The notes under the pieces are model-generated. The model saw nothing but the letters and a program-made list of their open reading frames with translations. It did no database searches and was not told where the DNA came from. DNA of 63,384 nt, filler included, from Octopus bimaculoides (taxonomy: Eukaryota), in assembly GCF_001194135.2 (NCBI RefSeq). It is 4 parts of 4 records of this genome, joined end to end, with 100 filler letters (N's around TTAATTAATTAA, not from the genome) between each part and the next. Parts side by side here need not be neighbours in the genome. Positions count along the whole stretch, not along the records: positions 27,939 to 42,475 come from NC_068988.1; positions 42,576 to 58,286 come from NC_068991.1; 2 more parts are not named here. One strand, written 5' to 3'. Positions within the stretch are counted from its first letter, which is position 1; every line of letters begins with the position of its first letter. Shown here one piece after another: positions 33,295 to 46,662 of this stretch. The position numbers were made by a program, and so were the translations under genes.

Positions 33295-33480
33295 ATGATC
33301 GACCGCTAGCCACTAATGTATTTTTTATTCTCTCTGTTTATTTCCCCGTGTTCCTTTCTGTTGAAGAACGGAGGCTCGAAGCGCAAAAGACATTCTTACC
33401 ATCCCGAGTGTTAAACTCATACACCTGTTTATGGTTTACACACCTGTCTTCGTCTTTTGTTTTTTGTAAATCCCAACTTT
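33295..33480 (+). mobile_element. Short dispersed repeat H1 (copy 2)
   Basis: atgatcgaccgctagccactaa...cctttctgttgaagaacggaggctcgaagcgcaaaagac...cacctgtcttcgtcttttg, homologous to 28108-28277. Confidence 0.75.
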
Positions 33481-33487
33481 CTCTCTC

Positions 33488-33597
<110 letters not shown>

Positions 33598-33613
33598 TCT
33601 GTATATATATATA

Positions 33614-33770
33614 TAGGCTTCTTTCAGTTTCCGTTCACCAAATCAACTCACAAGACTTTGGTCTGCCCAACGCTAAAGTAGAAAAGATCCACCCAAGGTG
33701 CTACGCAGTGGGACAGAACCTGGAACCATGTGATTGAAAAGCAAGGTTTTTACCACACATTCTCGCCTGC
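33614..33770 (-). mobile_element. SINE family A, 5' half
   Basis: ggcttctttcagtttccgtt...ccaaggtgctacgcagtgggacagaacctggaaccatgtg...ttaccacaca is the reverse complement of the head. Confidence 0.78.
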
Positions 33771-34234
33771 AATTGTTCCTATGTAATTTAAAGACGATTT
33801 TCTCACATGCATTGATTCAGCATGTGTTGAAGTGTATGTATGCATGTTTATTTCCATGAATGCATGACGGATATGCATCTGCATACCAAATTTCTTGAGT
33901 CATTTCTAAACTAAACTAATTAAAACTCAGTTTCAACCCATTTAATTAAAATGTGGTTAGTATTTAATGTGAGCCACCCTCATTAACGAGCTGCCATATT
34001 CTTCATGCGCTCTAACAACTCATGTATTTCGTGGCAATACAACTGCTATCGAACATTCAATTAAATAGTCGGACATACCGTATTCATGATAACCGTGGAA
34101 AAGTAATTTTGTCTTTAGTCACTAATTTATGGAACATACATACATTGATACGCACACACGCATTAGCACCTAGATCTATCTAGCTATTTATCGTCTGTCT
34201 GCCTATCTATCTATCTATCTAGCTAGCTATCTAG

Positions 34235-34283
<49 letters not shown>

Positions 34284-35831
34284 GATCGGCGCTTTTTTTT
34301 CCTTTTTTTCTTTTTCACGATCCCCTTTGATCGAAATTTTATTTTTCCTCCTTTTTCTTTCTTCAAAAGAAAAGCTCTACATTGCATTTTGTCCCCTCCT
34401 TTTTCAGCCCTGAGTGGCTAATAAAGAAACAATATCTATATCTATTTATCTATCTGTCTGTATATGTGTCTGCCTGTCTGTCTCTCTGCCTGTCTGTCTC
34501 TCTGCCTGTCTGTCTCTCTGCCTGTCTGTCTCTCTGCTTGTCTGTCAGTGCGTCCATCCGTCCGTCGGTCTGTCTATGTACCTGTTAATATACGTGTGTG
34601 TTTATAGATATGTGCATTCTCTCCACACTCACACGATGTCTTTCATTTATTTTCTCTATTTTCTTCGTTTTCTCTTTAACCCCCTCCCCCCATGTGTGTG
34701 ATTAAAATGCAAATATGTTAAATAATGTTAAGACTTTTTAAAGTTTAGTGATATCAGTGGAACAAAACTTTTAGAAACGAGAAAAGACACCATGTCCTGG
34801 ACGCGCCATACCAGCAAATTCTCCTTTTCCCTCTCCGTTTTTCTCATTCTCCTCATCCATTCATATTTACATCAGCTGCTTAGTTATGTACTAGACTGCA
34901 TTTTCTAAGAATGGTATGGAATTAATTGAAATAAACTCAGTATTTTACTATTACTAAGTTGTTTATCTCCATGATTTTCAAAGCTACGAACCGATAGAAA
35001 CAAACCTATATTTACGGCCGATTCGAAGCCGGCCTCATATGTTGCCTTTACCTCTGCCCTCACCTTTGGCATATCGTCTATTATTTGTAATTGGAAATTA
35101 TTCTGTTTATTGCATTTTTTGTTATTCAGAAACATTTTTACGCCAGTCTCTCTCTATTTTTATGTATTAAATGTAATGCGCATAAAGCTATAACGTTGAC
35201 CGCAAAACTGGTTTTGTCCGGAGTAATGTGATGTAATGCGGCAAACGGATCATTTGGTCAACAGAGAAATAAACATAATAGAATCATAAAGTAATTCGAA
35301 ACAACTAGGTTTTGTTTCACATATAAAAAAATTTATGGGTTATAAATGATTTATTAGCAAGGATTTTTTTTATTTTTATTTTACTGATTACTATCCGGTC
35401 GCTAACGGACAGGCAGATTTTATGAAGGGAGAAGCTGAAAGTATATGCAACATAAGGTGGAGAGGAAGAATGCCGCCGTGTGGCCCATGGCTGTCATAGT
35501 AAACATAGAATCAACTCTGAAAGCAGATGTCTAAAAAGGGCTGTAAAATATTATGAACATAATTACAACATAACGAATGATTCGTAGACTGTTCAGTTTT
35601 AGAGAGGAGGCGGAGCTGCTAAAGCCGGCAGGACAGATTCACTGCAATAAATGCAGAAAGCACAGACAGAACGATGTCTCTTGTGGTTACTATCAGCCTG
35701 CAATTAACAGTTTCAAGCCAGAAACGTCAGATTTTAGTAATGAAGTAGAGATTTCAAATAACCAATAACTATCACAACAATACAGTGAAGTCAAATGAAG
35801 GGAGTGATAATAATAATATAAAAAAAGTATA

Positions 35832-35890
35832 CGGTGGTGCTCCAGCATGACCGCAGCCACTTGGCTGAAACACATAAATAAATAAATAAA
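35832..35890 (+). mobile_element. Isolated LINE/SINE 3' tail
   Basis: ggtggtgctccagcatgaccgcagccacttggctgaaacacataaataaataaat. Confidence 0.6.
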
Positions 35891-36585
35891 TATATACGAG
35901 AGAAAATAGGAGAATATTAAAAACACACATCTATTAATAATGAGGATATCAAAAGATGAGAACGATATAATAACTATGATGATATTAATGTTGGCAATAA
36001 CGAGAGAAGTACTTAATGATAGCATTTTGAGTGAACGTATTCAGAGCAGTTCTCCATACTAATGAAGGGTTCTGTAAAGGGCCATGTCAAACTACCGTAA
36101 CAATGACATTGTAGCCGGCTTGCAATTGTAAATTAAACTCAATGTAACTACTTCATGTACACATCGGCCATAAAGATGTTCTCCGCTTGTTATATTACAC
36201 GCTTGAAGCCAACAAGTCTGTGCAGAGCTTTCTTAATAACTGTATATCATTAGATGAATGCCTGCTGGTGAATATTTTGATATCATTAGTTGTCATTCCA
36301 AATAGATCGAACACTTGACTTATATGTGCTATATACAGGATCAAATCATGGGTGTTCTAAATTATGAATGCTTAGTTAATAATTTAATTAATATCTTAAT
36401 TTTAAATTACTTCCACGACTTAATAACAATACGGTACACTGCATCACAGAATGCGAATGACTAAAAACAATGACGAACTGTAGAAAAACAAGATATATCG
36501 ATGTCTAAATGAGTCGGTTTACAAAAAATCCACGACACATTTTGAACCTGAAACTTTCGTGTTATGATCATGAAAATTAGAAAAT

Positions 36586-36822
36586 ATTTATTTCTTTATT
36601 GCCCACAGGGGGAGGGGGCTAAACGCAGGGGAGACAAACAAGGACAGACAAAGGGATTAAGTGGACCCCAGTGCGTAACTGGATGGTACTTATTTAATCA
36701 ACCCCGCAAGGATGAAAAGGAAAGTCGACCTCGGCGGAATTTGAATTCCGAACGTAAAGACTGACGAAATAGCGCTAAGCATTTCGCCCAGCTTGCTAAC
36801 GTTCCTGGCAGCACACTGCCTT
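36586..36822 (-). mobile_element. SINE family D (tRNA-like head plus Deu/Nin-like domain), copy 1
   Basis: Minus-strand core ccttttcatccttgcggggttgattaaataagtacc resembles the Deu/Nin domain GCCTTTCATCCTTCCGAGGTCGATAAAATGAGTACC (from memory); B-box ttcggaattcaaattcc; tail gtgggcaataaagaaat. Confidence 0.72.
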
Positions 36823-36877
36823 GAAGAATAAAAAAATATTCGTTTCTAATCTAGGCACAAGACACGAAATTTTTGGG

Positions 36878-37038
36878 AAGGCAGCCAGTCGATTAGATCT
36901 ACCCCAGTACGCAACTGCTACTTAATTTATCGACCCCAAAAGGATGAAAGGTAAAGTCGGCCTCGGCGGAATTTGAACTCAGAAAGTGAAGACAGACGAA
37001 ATGCCGCTAAGCATTTCGCCCGGCGTCTTAACGTTTCC
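36878..37038 (-). mobile_element. SINE family D, copy 2 (tandem with copy 1)
   Basis: ttatcgaccccaaaaggatgaaaggtaaagtcggcctcggcggaatttgaactcaga...gctaagcatttcgcccggcg. Confidence 0.72.
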
Positions 37039-37680
37039 GCCAGATCACCACCTTGAAGATCTAGAGAATATTATAATGGTATAGAATGTGGAGGTGACTG
37101 AGATTGAAAAGCATATGAAATGACTGTTAGCATTTAATCCGGTTTCAAATCTTAATGAGGTCGACTATTCTTTAAACTCCTTCATTCCTACATTCTTCCA
37201 AATCGACCGTGGACAGAAACTGAGTCAATCAACCGAACGACATTATTATAAAGGTTTGAATTTCGGACGGTGACAAACTCGGTGGAGGCAGTTGAGCCCC
37301 TGCTTAAAGTCCTTACACTTTATGCCACATCATTTAAAAATTATTGAGTGAATAATAATAAAATAAGTGTTAAGATGTTGGACGACAATTCATATTGCCT
37401 CTTCATTGATCTGTTTCTCTTTAGTCAAACGAGTGTTTTCGAGAAACATTAATCTTAGAAGCTGATTAAACGGATTATAATATATTAGTTGACACACTCA
37501 AACACGCATAGATCGGANNNNNNNNNNNNNNNNNNNNNNNNNNNNNNNNNNNNNNNNNNNNNNNNNNNNNNNNNNNNNNNNNNNNNNNNNNNNNNNNNNN
37601 NNNNNNNNNNNNNNNNNNNNNNNNNNNNNNNNNNNNNNNNNNNNNNNNNNNNNNNNNNNNNNNNNNNATACATACATACA

Positions 37681-38070
37681 GGGGCGGGAGTGGCCATGTG
37701 GTAAGAAGCTTGTGTATCAACCACATGGCCCCGGTTCAGTCCCACTGCGCGGCACCTTGGGCAAGTGTCTTTTACTATAGCCACGGGCCGACCAAAGCCT
37801 TGTGAGTGGATTTGGAAGACGGAAACTGAAAGAATCCCATCGTATATATGTGTGTGTGTGTTTGTGTGTCTGTATTTGTCCCCACAACATCGCTTGGCAA
37901 CAAATGTTGGTTTGTTAACGTCCCCGTAACCAAGCGGTTCGGCAAAAGGGATCGATTGAATAAGTGCTAGGCTTACAGAGATTAAGTCCTGGGGTCGATT
38001 TGCTCAACTAAAGGCGGTGTTCCAGCATGGCCGCAGTCAAGTGACTGAAACAAATAAAGGAAAAAAGAAT
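37681..38070 (+). mobile_element. SINE family A, full-length reference copy
   Basis: tRNA-like head (tggccatgtggtaag ... ggttcagtccc), internal (TG)n tract, 3' half ending ccagcatggccgcagtcaagtgactgaaacaaataaagg. Confidence 0.88.
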
Positions 38071-39255
38071 AATATATATATATATATATATATATGGAAA
38101 CACATATATGTATAAGCAGACATGTTTGTTAATCGTAAGTCGTTCTGGTTTTAGTTTTAGCATTTTGTTTTTTACTGATACTTCTGAAGTAATTTAAAGT
38201 TATATGAATGAATGAAATTGTGACAGGGATCAGTCTCCTATGCACGCATAGTTTAGTTTAACATCCTTCCGCTTTAAGGCATAGTTTCAAATCCGGCCGA
38301 TGCCGACTTTTATTTCCTCTGCGTTGTAGACTTAAATACCTGTAATACACACGATAAACTAAATCAACTATGAGTTGATTTAGTTTGTTACAAAAGTAAG
38401 CAAAAGAAACTTGAAAATAATTAATGAAATATTTTTTTCACTAAATTATATTGAATTATTTTTGATTTAAGTTTCAACTTCTGTTGAAATAAAGGTCGAT
38501 TCCACTTGAGAAGTGACAATATCATTGATGTTTTTCACAAATATTGTACCAACCTTTCTGCAAACTTCCCTTCAAGTTATATCCTGTAATTATAGACGTT
38601 TTCTATAAATAGCGCTTTCACCATTGTGGAATTGTTTTCTGTCTTTAGAGGGAATTGTTTTCTTATCCGCATTATTTCTTCAATATCAATCTGCTAAATC
38701 CAAAAGGATCAGTTTAATTTTTGTAAGCTATATAACAGAAAGAAAAAAATGGAAAGCGGAGTCCATTGAAGCATGAATAGCAGCCTATCTTCAAGATTTT
38801 CTTTGAAGCTGATGAGATACAAGACAAACGTTTGCACTATAGGAGAGATCAATCGTATGCAAAGACAAATCTACGTTTTGCATGAAAGCTAAAGTTTTCT
38901 TTGTTACTTCACTAAAATAGTCAACAATACGAATAAAACTCCAGCATTTTAAGGGAAATAGAATTATCGGGCGTTTCTAATTAAGATGGGAACTTTCAGA
39001 TAGTAACCATTCAATGGATCTAGAGAAAATCTCTTGTGAATAATTGTTTGATGTGCCAATAACTTTCTCGTACAGAGTGTTATGCAGTTTAAGATACGAC
39101 GGGAGATATTTAACTTGTGCTGCAGATCTAAGAGAGGAGGGATACGCAAAGGGGAAGCAGACTTAGATCGTGTAAATGACTATTTACTGAGAAAGAGTGA
39201 TTTAACATACTGAAACCAAAATACTTACGTCAATCAATACAGGTAACAGCTATAG

Positions 39256-39412
<157 letters not shown>

Positions 39413-42400
39413 GATATTAGGACATAAATCTCAGTCGATTTCGGTGACGACTATTCAGTTTTCCTATTGTGTAATTGACTGATTATTCCACAAACTGTTC
39501 TCAGACATAATCGGTGTAAACCAGTTTGACATGGTTAGGCCATTGGGCTTCAGTATAGTTTCTGTCAAAACAGTTTCACTCACAAGAGTTGAGTCGATCC
39601 GAGGTGACAGTAAGAGGATACTTGAACGAACGGTAGAAAATAAAATGAAACCCGACACTTTCTTTAATATCATTTTAATTGCGGAGAATTAAATGTTTGA
39701 AATTATCTCCCCTTATAATTCAGTCGTTTATGCTCATTGTCTCATTTGATTGGCATTTGAAACCAACTTATTTACCATCTTCCCAAAGCGAACATATTTT
39801 CGATAAAGAATATATTTTGTATACATTTAGTATACCTGTCTTCTTTATATGCGCATACTTACACATATATACATACATACATGATTGGGACACTAGGTTT
39901 TGTTAGCAAATGCTTAAAGAATCCGGATAAACTGGGGTTTTCAGAAAGGGAAATTGACTGGCTGATTCGTACATTACATGTCCAATCTGTGAGCGGAACA
40001 GTAAAAATATGCAAAACTTTTCTTAAGTTCCAATTTGTGAATTTGTGTTAATTACATCCCAAACATGGAGCCTGGTATCTTTGTTGGAAACCGGCTCCCT
40101 CCTCAGTGGAAAATTTATAATAATTAAGAAATAGAAGAGACACGCATACATGTGTGCGCGAATTAATGAATACATTGTATATTAGTCTAAATATATCTCT
40201 TATTCTCATTCAATCTCTTATGTGTGCGCGCCTGTATGCATGTATGTATGTATAATCGCATTTTATGTTTGTCAAAATATTTTATATTTCTTTCTCTCAC
40301 TCAATCACCCACGTTCAGTCTGTGTGCGCGTGTGCGTGAGATTGTGCGTTTGTGGCCGTGTACAGGTGCAAGCCGCTGTCTGTGTGTTAGTAAATAATAT
40401 GTTAGAGGCATGAAGATGAGTCAATCCCACACTTTATAAATACAACTTCTTCGTCTTGATATGAAAGGAATCTGCCGGTGTTGCAAATAATTAGCCCCCA
40501 TCGGTTCAATCGAGAGTCACCAACATTACTTTTTCTGCCTCTCCACACACACACAAAGACAAGCACGCACTTACACAGATGCATGCATGCATACACACAA
40601 ACAAATAAATCCGCATATGTTTGTATATGTCAGTGTATGTTCTTACTTGCTAAGTAGAAAGGAGCACCAGCAATAATATAGCAGTGATAATAGTAAAAGT
40701 GGTTTGTATAATTGATTGACTGCTTAACATTTATGAGGCATGCGTCCAATATTTTATTTTAATAACATAAAAGATCCTGTGTTGATCAGGCCTTTTTTGG
40801 CACCGAACAGTTTTACTCGACAACTGTTTGCAACAGGCCAAAATAAAAGAAAGAGCATAACCAATCAATATCTACGAAGATATTGCTGCCAACAACTTGA
40901 AACGGGAAACACCGGACGGATTAACAGCGTTTTATTATAAGTGGATATTTTTTTATATTGTTGAATTTTGGTACAGTCATAGAATGACCTTTCACAAGTG
41001 AAACATTCGCGCTGTGGTACATTTTTATGCAATCGTTAAGAGAGGATTAAATTCAATAACAATATTCGGATGACGATTTCGGAAGATAGAGTAAAGGCAC
41101 TGTTTATTTTGCACTCACCAATTTTGTAGACATAATATGTATTTGATCATTTCACTACCAAAAGCTTGGGGCTGCTGCATTTGCAATATGAAAATGAACG
41201 AGAGATGAATCAATCTAAATCCTCCTGGTGAAGATGCTTGGCTTTCTAAAAGTAACTTTCATTGCAGACTAGATGGAAACCACTTGTTAGATTGTCGGGT
41301 CTAGCACTGTTTACAGATGCTAAATATGCCAAAAAGTGTTCCAATCAGTTTCAAACTTCTCTAACACGTATATTCATTACTTACTCAAAGAACACCACCG
41401 TCATGGAAAGGAGATTTATTTGTTTAAATATGTTATAAAGTAAGAGCAGGAAAAATTACATCAAAAAATCTTCACTTACTTTATAATAGATAATCGCTCT
41501 AAAGGTTTTAGACATTTCCCTACCAAGAGCACTTATTCGAAATTCAGTATTTGTATTCTCATTGAATATATTCGATTAAATATATATATATTTGCTTAGA
41601 TATATTAATTTTCCACATCCATTCTTATACAATATTGTACATCAACTTCGAGATATCTGGTTGCATGCAAGATTCTGTCTTCAGAAATGTTGTCTGTATA
41701 TTTTAGCTTTTAATCCCCTAAAAATGTATGAAATTATTTGCAGTATTTGCCGAAATGATTTTTGTAATTATGTGGTATTTTTCTCACTAGTTAATTATTT
41801 CTAATCAGATTTTAATGCTGACTACGTTATGTATGCGTGTACACACATATATTAACATTGTTATCAATAACTATAGCACATTTAATGTTGTAGAATGGTA
41901 GAATTGGTTTAGGTTCATGGAACTTCACGTTTCGGATTAGCTTTCCAGTTCGCTAATGTCACTTTTCCTCCGATTGTCATTGATAAAGACAAAACTGACA
42001 AAGTTCATTAGCAATGGAGTATTTGCTTGTGGATATATTTTCTGCAGTCTGCGTTTTAATATCGTCATAGCAAAAATTTAACTCTTGTTCAATTACTTGA
42101 CAACGTATGTAGTTTCAGAAAATGAAGCATGTCCTCTTGATATATATATAGTCCCTTGAGGTTTTAGAAATAATTTTATGCACCACCGTACTCGCGAATA
42201 CATTCATACAAATATACTCAATAAGAACTGGATTTATTAACAATTGTTATTACTAATCAGATACTGTAAGTATTGTTTGTTTTGTGAGGTATTGTTTTAC
42301 AAATCGAATACCAAAGTAAATCTGTCAAAGATCTACGTGCATTTCTGCACACAAATAATTGCCCATATGTAGGTGCGTGTGAGTGACTGAGTGAGTGTGT

Positions 42401-42429
42401 GTATGCGTGTGTGTATGATAGATACGTAT

Positions 42430-42475
<46 letters not shown>

Positions 42476-42575
42476 NNNNNNNNNNNNNNNNNNNNNNNNN
42501 NNNNNNNNNNNNNNNNNNNTTAATTAATTAANNNNNNNNNNNNNNNNNNNNNNNNNNNNNNNNNNNNNNNNNNNN
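42476..42575. other. Artificial scaffold-join spacer (44 N + TTAATTAATTAA + 44 N)
   Basis: Same 100-bp structure as at 27839. Confidence 0.95.
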
Positions 42576-42765
42576 TTCTATTTCAAGATCTTTATATTTG
42601 CTCAGTTTTTGGTAGGTCTTGACAGATACGTTTATATCAATTGGGACAGTCATATCAATGAGGAGGCATGATTTTTGTCTGAAGTCTTTCAGTATGATGT
42701 CTGGCCTATTTGCGTCTATCTTTCTGTCAGTTTGAATGGTGAAGTTCCAGAGGAGTGCAATGTGA

Positions 42766-42770
<5 letters not shown>
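42576..42770 (-). mobile_element. 5'-truncated R4/Dong-like non-LTR retrotransposon, restriction-like endonuclease domain
   Basis: Stop-free frame NDHIALLWNFTIQTDRKIDANRPDIILKDFRQKSCLLIDMTVPIDINVSVKTYQKLSKYKDLEIE (NRPD...LID..VP.D...K..KY.DL, a PD-(D/E)xK RLE pattern); starts inside a (TAA)n tract and is cut by the scaffold join. Confidence 0.85.
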
Positions 42771-42845
<75 letters not shown>

Positions 42846-44947
42846 TGGGCATTTTGCATATATCGATTTCCGAATATTTCTATCTTTATATTATGTTATA
42901 CTCAATACCAGATAATTGATTTTTTTTCTTCTAATTTTAAATATTGATCTTCTAACTACACACTTTTCGAAGTTACTCAGACACATTCACAACTCTCCTC
43001 TCCCCGCACGCGTGCACCTGTGCATACTTACATGCATACATATATACATACATACATACATGCATACATACATACATACATACATACATTACTTACATAC
43101 ATACTTACATACATACACACGTACTTATAAAGGTACGTATGCACGTACATAAGTAACTGTGTGTTTGTGTTCATAGACACACCCATACATACGCGTTGAC
43201 ACAAACATTCAGCCGTAGATTGACATATTGAGTTTTTTCTAAAAAGTCTAAATCCTTCTTTCATTCTTTGAAATCGTTTCTCAGATTCTAGCTTATGTAA
43301 AATCATTCCAGTATGTGGTTTTATTCTCTATTTCCTGGATATCGATAAAAATGTCACTTTTTGGGGATCGGTAAAATATCTATAAAGTTTTAAAATTCCT
43401 TTATTTCTTGTAACTTTCTCTGAATGAATTAAACTAGAAAGAAAACGAAAAGAAAGAAAGAGAAAGAAATTCAATAATTTTTGGGGTGATATATTTTTTA
43501 ATTTATGTATATTGATTAAATATTTATTTTACATTTATTGATTTGAGAACCTTTTGAAATGTTATTTTTTCCACGTACTTTAAAATTCATTTCTTCCTGA
43601 TTTCATTAGAGATATTATAAATTCGAAAGTTTTACAACTGTTTTTCCATAATTTTACAAATTTATTTTCTTTCTCAGAAGGAATTAATACTATTTTATTA
43701 CAATCTTGGAATTCACATGAAATTGTCTTAATGCATATATTATTGTAGAATCCTGTAGCTGCCCTTCTTTAAAACTAGAATCGATGTTTCGTTTCTGTTC
43801 ATTTTTACATAAAATATAAATATAGAGTTGTGTGTCTGTTTTTGTTAACTATTTTGTTTCGTATTTTTCTATGTTTACATTTGAAAATTTATATTTTACA
43901 ATTATATGTGGACTAATATTCATAATAAAAATTCATGATGAGGTAAATAAGTAACAATCTGAATTTTAAATATTATTATAAGGACATAAAAAGCAAACTT
44001 ACATAGATATTTAACTTAAAATATGTAGCAGATGCGAGATTTATTACAACTGTTTTGTTTTGTTTCTTATGTAACTGTTTTCATTTTCTATATGAACTTG
44101 CCTTTGAATATGTTTTTCGTTATGTAAGATAATAAATGAAACGTGTCGACATCATTAAAGTAAAACATAACTAAATCTATATTTTCTTATATGAAACTTG
44201 GTTTCTTTATTTCACAAAATAAATATACTAAATATACGAATACAGCCACACCTCTCTCCCTAAATATATGAAGATTGTTTAAAAAGCACTTATTTTAAAA
44301 TTATTGAAAGAACAAAAACACTTGCAGAACTCAGCAAATTTTCTGAATGCCAGCTGCCATTTAATGAAACACATTTAAACCATTTTTTTTTTCAGTATGA
44401 ATTATAAATAGCAACACTATAAGTATTTTTTTCTCCGTAACCGGAGAATACTACAGGTTAATTTCCAATTATATGAGAGCTTTACAATAAACATATTCGT
44501 TTTCTTCTGATCCCTATATGTTCTCCGGTTAAAAACGTACAATACAATATATTTTTGGTTTATTGTTCTGTGAAAAGTGCTAGTGGCATGATTCTCATGC
44601 TAATTTACACGTGTTGTAGATATTGTATGCTTTATTCAATATATTATTACAAAGTTTTTACTGGTAGAAAGTTGCAACTGCAAATGCCAAATATTCTGGG
44701 TTTTTTTTTCATAACCGTCCTTTATGATAAATTGGAAATGTTACAAACACACACATTCAATATTTATACACCGTATTATTGCATTTGAATTTTTTGCCAT
44801 CGATTCGACTGTCCTTAGATAATTTGATACTGCTCTATATTGACCCTGAATAGGAAAGTACCCCTAAATAGTTATTCTTCTTCTTCTTAAATGATTTATA
44901 GGAATGGTTTCTTCTTTATGACTCACTGAGATCCAAGGAATTGTATC

Positions 44948-45016
<69 letters not shown>

Positions 45017-45885
45017 CTTTTCTCCGCAGGGTAATGCACGAAATCACCTACTCTTTCAATGGAACATTGAATTTGTATCCCAATCCCAAACACCGAGCCT
45101 AATATTACATATATATCATATATATATAAAAAGAAGTTATAAACCAGTTGAAGCCTTTTCTTTGTACATTTTCAATAAAATCTCGGATCGTTGAGGACAT
45201 GTAAAGACCATTTCAGATATAGAATTTCGAAGTTTCGGCTTAAGCATATCGAATCTTAAAAGTCACTGTAACCTGAAACAGGGAGAGAGAGGACCCTAGC
45301 TTTTGTTTAGTCTTCTCAAGACGAGAAACATATTCCTGACTTATCAATTGGGTCTTCTTTCGCATCTATTGATGTAAACTATTTTCCTTTTCCTTGTCGG
45401 TAAATGCGTTCTTTGTTTAGTGAGTGGAATTGGGTATGTACACTGCCTTTTTAAACTTTAAATAGCCTCAGATACTGGCATCGATTGATTTTTAACAGTT
45501 CTGTTAATATCTCATTTGTGCGTTGCTTTAATATGGTTAGCCGTAGCCAAAAAATATAAATCACTTAATAAAAATTCCATGATGGCAAGAAGGTTCTTTG
45601 AATACCTGCTGCAAGAGAAGCCCATAATTTCCCCATAAAAAGGTGTAGGTCCCAAGGAAGGCTGAAAAAACCATTTCTCTGTATCTTGTCGTTAAGAGTA
45701 CAATCCACTGATGCGATTGCTCTCAATATATATCATACATACATGTATGTTCCTTTGTGTATGTGTGTATGTGTATGTGTATAAATATCTGAATGAATCA
45801 ACATGTATATATGTGCATATGTGTATACATATATATATGCGTATATATATACATATGTATGTACGTACGTGTATATATATTATGC

Positions 45886-46130
45886 TTTTTACTCTTTTAT
45901 TTGTTTCAATCATTTGACTGTCACTCTGCTGGAGCACCGCCTTTAGTCAAACAGATCGACCCCAGGACTTATTCTTTGTAAGCCTACTACTTCTTCTATC
46001 CGAAACTTTTGCCGAACTGCTAGATTACAGGAACGTGAACACACCAGCATCGGTTGTCAAGCGATGTTGGGGGGACAAACACAAGCACACAAACATATAT
46101 ATACACACATATACATACATATACATATAT
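45886..46130 (-). mobile_element. SINE family A, 3' half
   Basis: cttttactcttttatttgtttcaatcatttgactg...cggttgtcaagcgatgttgggggacaaac. Confidence 0.8.
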
Positions 46131-46242
46131 ATGTGTGTGTGTATGTGTGTGTGGCCTGGAACATAAATGAGAGCGACCACGTTATCCACCCAGGCTATAT
46201 ATCCCTCTAAAATCATACATACATATATATATGTGTGTGTGT

Positions 46243-46308
<66 letters not shown>

Positions 46309-46389
46309 CAGACAGATAGATGAACTCTGAGTTTTTCATCTCGGTAGTTTTGAAATTTCATTGAGACTCCATATTTCGAAACATTATGT

Positions 46390-46662
46390 CCGAACTGCTA
46401 AGTTACGGAGACGTAAACACACCAGCACCGGTTGTCAAGTGATGTTGGGAGGACAAACACAGACACACAAACATACACACACGTACATATATATACATAT
46501 ATACGACGAGCTTCTTTCAGTTTCCGTCTACCAAATCCACCCACAAGGCTTTAGTCGGCTCGAGGCTATAGTAGAAGATACTTGCCCAAGGTGCCACGCA
46601 GTGGGACTGAACCCAGAACCATGAGGTTTGTAAGCAAGAAACTTACCACACAGCCACTCCTA
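46390..46662 (-). mobile_element. SINE family A, 5' two-thirds
   Basis: gaactgctaagttacgg...ccaaggtgccacgcagtgggactgaacccagaaccatg...cttaccacacagccactcct. Confidence 0.82.

Noticed and set aside
45150-45700. Possible Penelope RT remnant on the minus strand (FYGEIMGFSCS...IMEF)
   Set aside because: A single weak motif with no supporting YxDD; left uncalled
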